From Candidatus Saccharimonadota bacterium (GTDB lineage Bacteria; Patescibacteriota; Gracilibacteria; BD1-5; UBA6164), in assembly GCA_965227835.1 (NCBI GenBank), contig OZ245768.1:1050001-1082000 (forward strand): a stretch of DNA of 32,000 nucleotides, in the 5' to 3' direction. Positions within the stretch are counted from its first letter, which is position 1, and every line of letters begins with the position of its first letter. Below the pieces are notes generated by a model, which searched no databases, was not told the DNA's origin, and saw only the letters and a program-made list of their open reading frames with translations. The translations under genes were made by a program, and so were the position numbers. Of the stretch, positions 28,063 through 32,000 are shown in pieces.

Positions 28063-29011
28063 TAGCTTAAGTTATTTTCACATTTTCTAATACATCTTTT
28101 ATTATTTCTTCTGGTTTTATTTCATCTGCTATAGCTTCATAGTTTAAAACCAGTCTATGAGCCAAGGTTGGGATTGCCATTTCTTTGATATCTTCAGGAG
28201 TTACAAAATCTCTAGAGTTTAGAAATGCCAGAGTTTTTGATGCTTTTAAAAGTGCTATACTTCATCTAGGAGAAACTCAATAAGAAAGGTATTTATGATT
28301 ATTTCTTGTTTGAGTTATAATATTTGTTATATAGTCTATAATATTTTCAGAAACATGTAGCTTTTGTATTTCTTTTTTTATGTTATCAAGCTCTCTTTTA
28401 GAAAGTATTTTTTTTGTTTTAGAGTTTTCTATATTTTCTATATTTTTTAAAATAGTTATTTCATCTTGTTTACTGGGGTATCAAACATAACTTTTCATCA
28501 TAAACCTATCTAGTTCTGCTTCTGGAAGTTTGTATGTTCCTGATTGCTCTATAGGGTTTTGAGTTGCCAAAACTATAAAAGGTTCTTGTATTTTAAAACT
28601 TGTTTCTCAAATAGTTACTTGTTTTTCTGCCATAGCTTCAAGTAGGGCTGATTGAACTTTACTTGGAGCTCTGTTTATTTCATCTGCTAGAAGAAAATTA
28701 GTAAATATTGGTCATTTTTTTGTTTTAAATTCTTGGGAGTTTGGACTGTATATTTCTGTCCCTATAAGGTCACTTGGTAGTAGATCAGGAGTAAATTGTA
28801 TTCTTGAAAAATCCATGTTTAATGTTTTGCTAAGTGTGTCTGCTGTAAGGGTTTTTGCTACACCTGGTACCCCTTCGATTAATATATGTCATCCAGAAAA
28901 AAGTGATATTATTATATCTCTTATAAGATTTTCTTGTCATATAATTTTTTTATGTATTTCAGAGGTTATTTCTAGTATTAAGCCATTTTTTTCTTGTATT
29001 TCTTTTTTCAT
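28055..29011 (-). CDS. moxR: MoxR-family AAA+ ATPase; literal ORF 318 aa, but the conserved C-terminus is in the +1 frame and ends at 28066
   Basis: ATG 29011-29009, checked codon by codon. [96 protein letters not shown]. The literal frame ends at TAA 28057-28055. The +1 frame from 28140 reads [27 protein letters not shown] (28068-28066). Confidence 0.85.
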
Positions 29012-29195
29012 AATTTTTTATTTAGATGTTTAAGTTTTATTATTATATATTTTTTAAATTTTTTTAAAGTGGAATTTGTGAGGTTTTAGTGGTGTAAATT
29101 AAATATGAGGAAAGTCCAAACACACAATCCAAATCTTTTTTGTATTCCACAAAAAACAAATATAATTTTTCAAAAATAAATTTAAATACATAAAA

Positions 29196-30356
29196 ATGAA
29201 ATTAATAATACTAGCAGCTTGAAAAGGTTCAAGGTTATATCCATTGACAAACACAATTCCAAAACCATTAATAAAAATACTAGGAAAACCTATAATAGAA
29301 CACAATCTGGAAAATATAATAAACGATAAAACTAAGTTTGATGAAATAATATTTGTAATAAAATACAAAGGAAAAGAAGTAATGGATTATTTTTGAGACT
29401 CTTACAAATGAATAAAAATATCATATAAAAACCAATGAGAAGAAGATTGAACTTGAGCAACATTAAAATGAATGAATATCAAAGATGACATATTAATAAT
29501 CAATTGAGATAGTATATTTGATAAAAAAGATTTAGATGAAGTCATAAAATATCAAGGATATTGTGTTTTGGCAAAAAAAGTTGAAGAAACTGAAAAGTAT
29601 TGAATTTTTAAAACAAACAAAGATTATTTTATAGAAAAAGTTATAGAAAAACCAAACACATTTGTGTGAAATCTAGCAAATTTATGAATATACAAATTTA
29701 GTTCAAAAATTTTTGAATATGTAGAAAATATAAAAATCTCCCCTAGATGAGAATATGAACTCACAGATGCTTTGAATGAATTTGCACTACATCATCCCTT
29801 AAAAGCAATAGAATCTAAATGATATTTTATAGATATAAGCTACCCATGGCAAATACTTAGTGCTAATGAAATTCTTTTATCAAAATTAGAAAAAACTCTA
29901 ATAAAATGAAAAATAGAAGAAAATGTATTTATAAAATGAAATATAATATTGGAAGAGTGATCTTTATTAAAGTCATGAATCTACATAGAATGAAACTGTT
30001 ATATAGGAAAAAATACTTCAATATGACCAAATACATATATAAATTGAACAAATTCTATTTGAAATAATTGTGAAATATGATCAAATAATGAAATTAAAAA
30101 TAGCTATATATGAAATAATACCAAAATATCTAGTTCAAGCCATATATCAGATTCTATAGTATGAAACAATATAGAAATAAAATGAGGATTTATAACAGGA
30201 AATACTAGAAATGATGACGGAAATATATCAGTATATATAAAATGAGAATTTAAAGATACTTGATTAAAAAATTTTTGATGTATTATTTGAGATAATTATA
30301 AAAACTGAGTTAATTTCAGCTCTCAACCAGGAGAGATTTTAGAAATAAAAAAATAA
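29196..30356 (+). CDS. sugar-1-phosphate nucleotidyltransferase with a C-terminal left-handed beta-helix (GlmU / G1P-thymidylyltransferase-like), 386 aa
   Basis: ATG 29196, TAA 30354-30356. Translated in full. [42 protein letters not shown], then hexapeptide-like repeats (IGKNTSIGPNTYINGTNSIGNNCEIGSNNEI..). Very many TGA-Gly codons. Confidence 0.85.
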
Positions 30357-30366
30357 ATATTTTTTT

Positions 30367-31281
30367 CTACTCCAACTCTTTTTCAATATCATCTAGTTTT
30401 TCTTTACCCCTTTTATAAGCATAATACCATATAGCTACTTTTAATGCCTCAAGAACTCAAGTTAAATAACCCAAAAATAATATAAAACCTATAAAAACAA
30501 CAACTATTATTATAAGAGTAAGAGTCTTTAGGATTTGAGTTGTTACAAATCATATAGCAATCATCATAATAATAGGAAATATAAGAAAAACTATAAAATT
30601 AAATATAACCCTTATATTTAAAATAAACATCAAAAAATAAAGCTTAAAAGTATTAACCAAATTTATAGTAGCAATCTTTGAAGATTTTCATATAGAATCA
30701 AAAACCTTACCATTTTCAAGCATTATTATATATTTACTATAAGAAAGAAACACATTTATAAATACTGAAAATAAAAATATAGCTAAAAATATATAGCTTA
30801 TTTCTTTTATATACTGAAAATCAAAAAACCTCAAAATAAATAAATATCAATTCAAAATAGATAAAAATTTAAATTCTGAAAATAAGTTATTATATTTAAA
30901 AAGTGGTAAAAATTTATACAGACCTATACTAACTGATTCTGATACTTCTAAATCTCAATCAACATCCTTTTTTGATATATATTTTATCAAAGCACCTTCA
31001 AAAATAGGTATAATTATTATATACAGTAGTATAAAAGCAAGAGCAAAAGCTATGGACTCTATAACATAAGTAGAATGTATAAAATTTATTAATTTATCAA
31101 GGATTTCTTCTCTTCTATCTGTTAATATTAAATATGTATATAAAGACTGGTATACAAGTATAGTAGTCAAAAGAATTATAGATAAAATCCCCGGAATAAA
31201 CTGCATTTTCTTTATTCTACCATCATCTTTTACTAGGTTCCAAGCAGGTATTACAATATCTTTTTTTATGTCTATTTTCAT
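30367..31281 (-). CDS. hypothetical polytopic membrane protein, 304 aa
   Basis: ATG 31281, TAG 30369-30367. Translated in full. Multiple hydrophobic segments. No family recognised. Confidence 0.7.
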
Positions 31282-31414
31282 AAATCTGTTGTATAACTTA
31301 TTGAGAAATATATCACCATTTTATGAGAAATTATAATATTTTTATAAAAATAACAACTATCACTATGCCTAATATTTAATATTTTTTAATTATATAATTC
31401 CTATCTTGTATATA

Positions 31415-31580
31415 CCCGTGTTCTATCCTTTCTGTTCTGTCCTTTCTCCTCTAAAAAGGAGAGGGTTAGGGTTTACTCAGAGAGGGTTAGAGTAAGTTTT
31501 TGCTAAGGTGAGATTAAGTTGTAGAGGGTTAAGGTGAGTTATAGAGAGTTAGAGTAAAATTTTATTTGATAAGGTGAGGT
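31415..31580. repeat. G/C-rich hairpin repeat family, copy E (largest; degenerate hairpin plus 4-6 tandem RGAGGGTTARRGT / TAAGGTGAG units)
   Basis: cccgtgttctatcctttctgttctgtcctttCTCCTctaaaaAGGAGagggttagggt..gagagggttagagt..taaggtgag..agagggttaaggtgag..agagagttagagt..taaggtgagg. Confidence 0.8.
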
Positions 31581-31783
31581 ATATTTGGAAAAATTTAGAA
31601 TAAGCTATATTAATCATTAAGATGATATATATATAAAGACATCTATAGTAAAATCTATTCAAAAAAACAAAACCTTTAAGGAAAGACAGAAGAATTCTTT
31701 AATTCCTATAAAATAAAAAATTTTTTAGTAAAAATTAGCAAAAAAGAATTGTTTTTATTTTAAATGAATTTTTCAGGGTTTCC

Positions 31784-32000
31784 TTAAAATAAATTACCAA
31801 CCAAGAATTTAAAAAAACCTAAAAAGCTCTTAGTATCTTTATCAACTATTTTCTCTTTTAAAATATATGATTTTGATAATGGATCAAATCTATAAGAGTC
31901 AGAAGGGATTAATTCTTCCAACTCATATCATTCTATATTTTTTATCACTAAATTTGAATAATAAGGAGAATATAAAGGCTTAAAAACAGCTTCCTTTTGA
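31784..32000 (-). CDS. 3' end of a hypothetical protein (5' part lies outside the window)
   Basis: Open frame from the window edge to TAA 31786-31784: ..QKEAVFKPLYSPYYSNLVIKNIEGYELEELIPSDSYRFDPLSKSYILKEKIVDKDTKSFLGFFKFLVGNLF. Confidence 0.5.

Noticed and set aside
31415-31580. A CRISPR array, suggested by the tandem G-rich units here and at 23216-23341.
   Set aside because: The units are short (about 13-21 nt), degenerate and directly abutting, without unique spacers of regular length. No cas genes are present. One copy lies inside a CDS.
1-32000. The fragmented standard-code ORF track could mean a heavily pseudogenised or low-quality sequence.
   Set aside because: All breaks are at TGA only. 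The fragments of each gene stay in one frame (checked by coordinates modulo 3). Reading TGA as an amino acid restores full-length conserved proteins that end at TAA/TAG.
1-32000. TGA = tryptophan (code 4, Mollicutes-like) as an alternative recoding.
   Set aside because: TGA falls on invariant glycines of Walker A loops (GSGKT, GSGKS), GIDEAGRGP, NFGGDI and Tas glycines, while Trp positions use TGG. Trp at these sites would be incompatible with the motifs.
1-32000. tRNA, rRNA or other structured RNA genes.
   Set aside because: I scanned the G/C-richer islands. None shows a cloverleaf arrangement or a T-loop GTTCRANYC box. Every island is explained by terminators or the two repeat families.

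Overview
Very AT-rich 32-kb window that only reads coherently when TGA is translated as glycine. This is genetic code 25, used by Gracilibacteria/BD1-5 and Absconditabacteria/SR1 of the Candidate Phyla Radiation. The supplied standard-code ORF track is broken at TGA. With TGA=Gly I read about 30 contiguous genes, all ending in TAA or TAG, and TGA falls on invariant glycines (Walker A loops, RNase HII GIDEAGRGP, Tas aldo-keto reductase).

Gene content, left to right:
- Two divergent pilin-like genes.
- A minus-strand accessory block: orf189, a classic AAA+ ATPase, an IS5-family transposase and orf333.
- A type I restriction-modification operon ordered hsdM - orf103 - 749-aa PrrC/RloC-like ABC-type ATPase - truncated rhuM - hsdS - hsdR.
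- tas, a secreted protein, khpB/jag, a small 55-aa ORF, an RNase HII-QueH fusion and a DciA-like ORF.
- An extracytoplasmic flavinylation module: FMN-binding lipoprotein, ApbE and a ferric-reductase-like membrane protein.
- A Bat/MoxR operon: moxR, DUF58, BatD/DUF4381-like, two VWA proteins and a TPR protein.
- A GlmU-like nucleotidyltransferase and membrane proteins.

Most notable observations:
1. The R-M-embedded PrrC/RloC-like ATPase has no TGA among its 36 Gly codons. Neighbouring genes use TGA for roughly a third to most of their glycines.
2. A G/C-rich hairpin repeat family (CCCTCTCC-loop-GGAGAGGG plus GGGTGAGG-type tails) has five copies. All have the same orientation relative to transcription, and two are inserted in frame inside coding sequences.
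3. Two compensating frameshifts sit at the moxR/DUF58 junction, one of them in an A8 run.
4. A 12-bp x3 tandem repeat lies in the hsdS central spacer region.
5. ATGA start/stop overlaps have become read-through fossils.

No rRNA, tRNA or CRISPR array was found. All coordinates come from manual translation, and no database search was possible.
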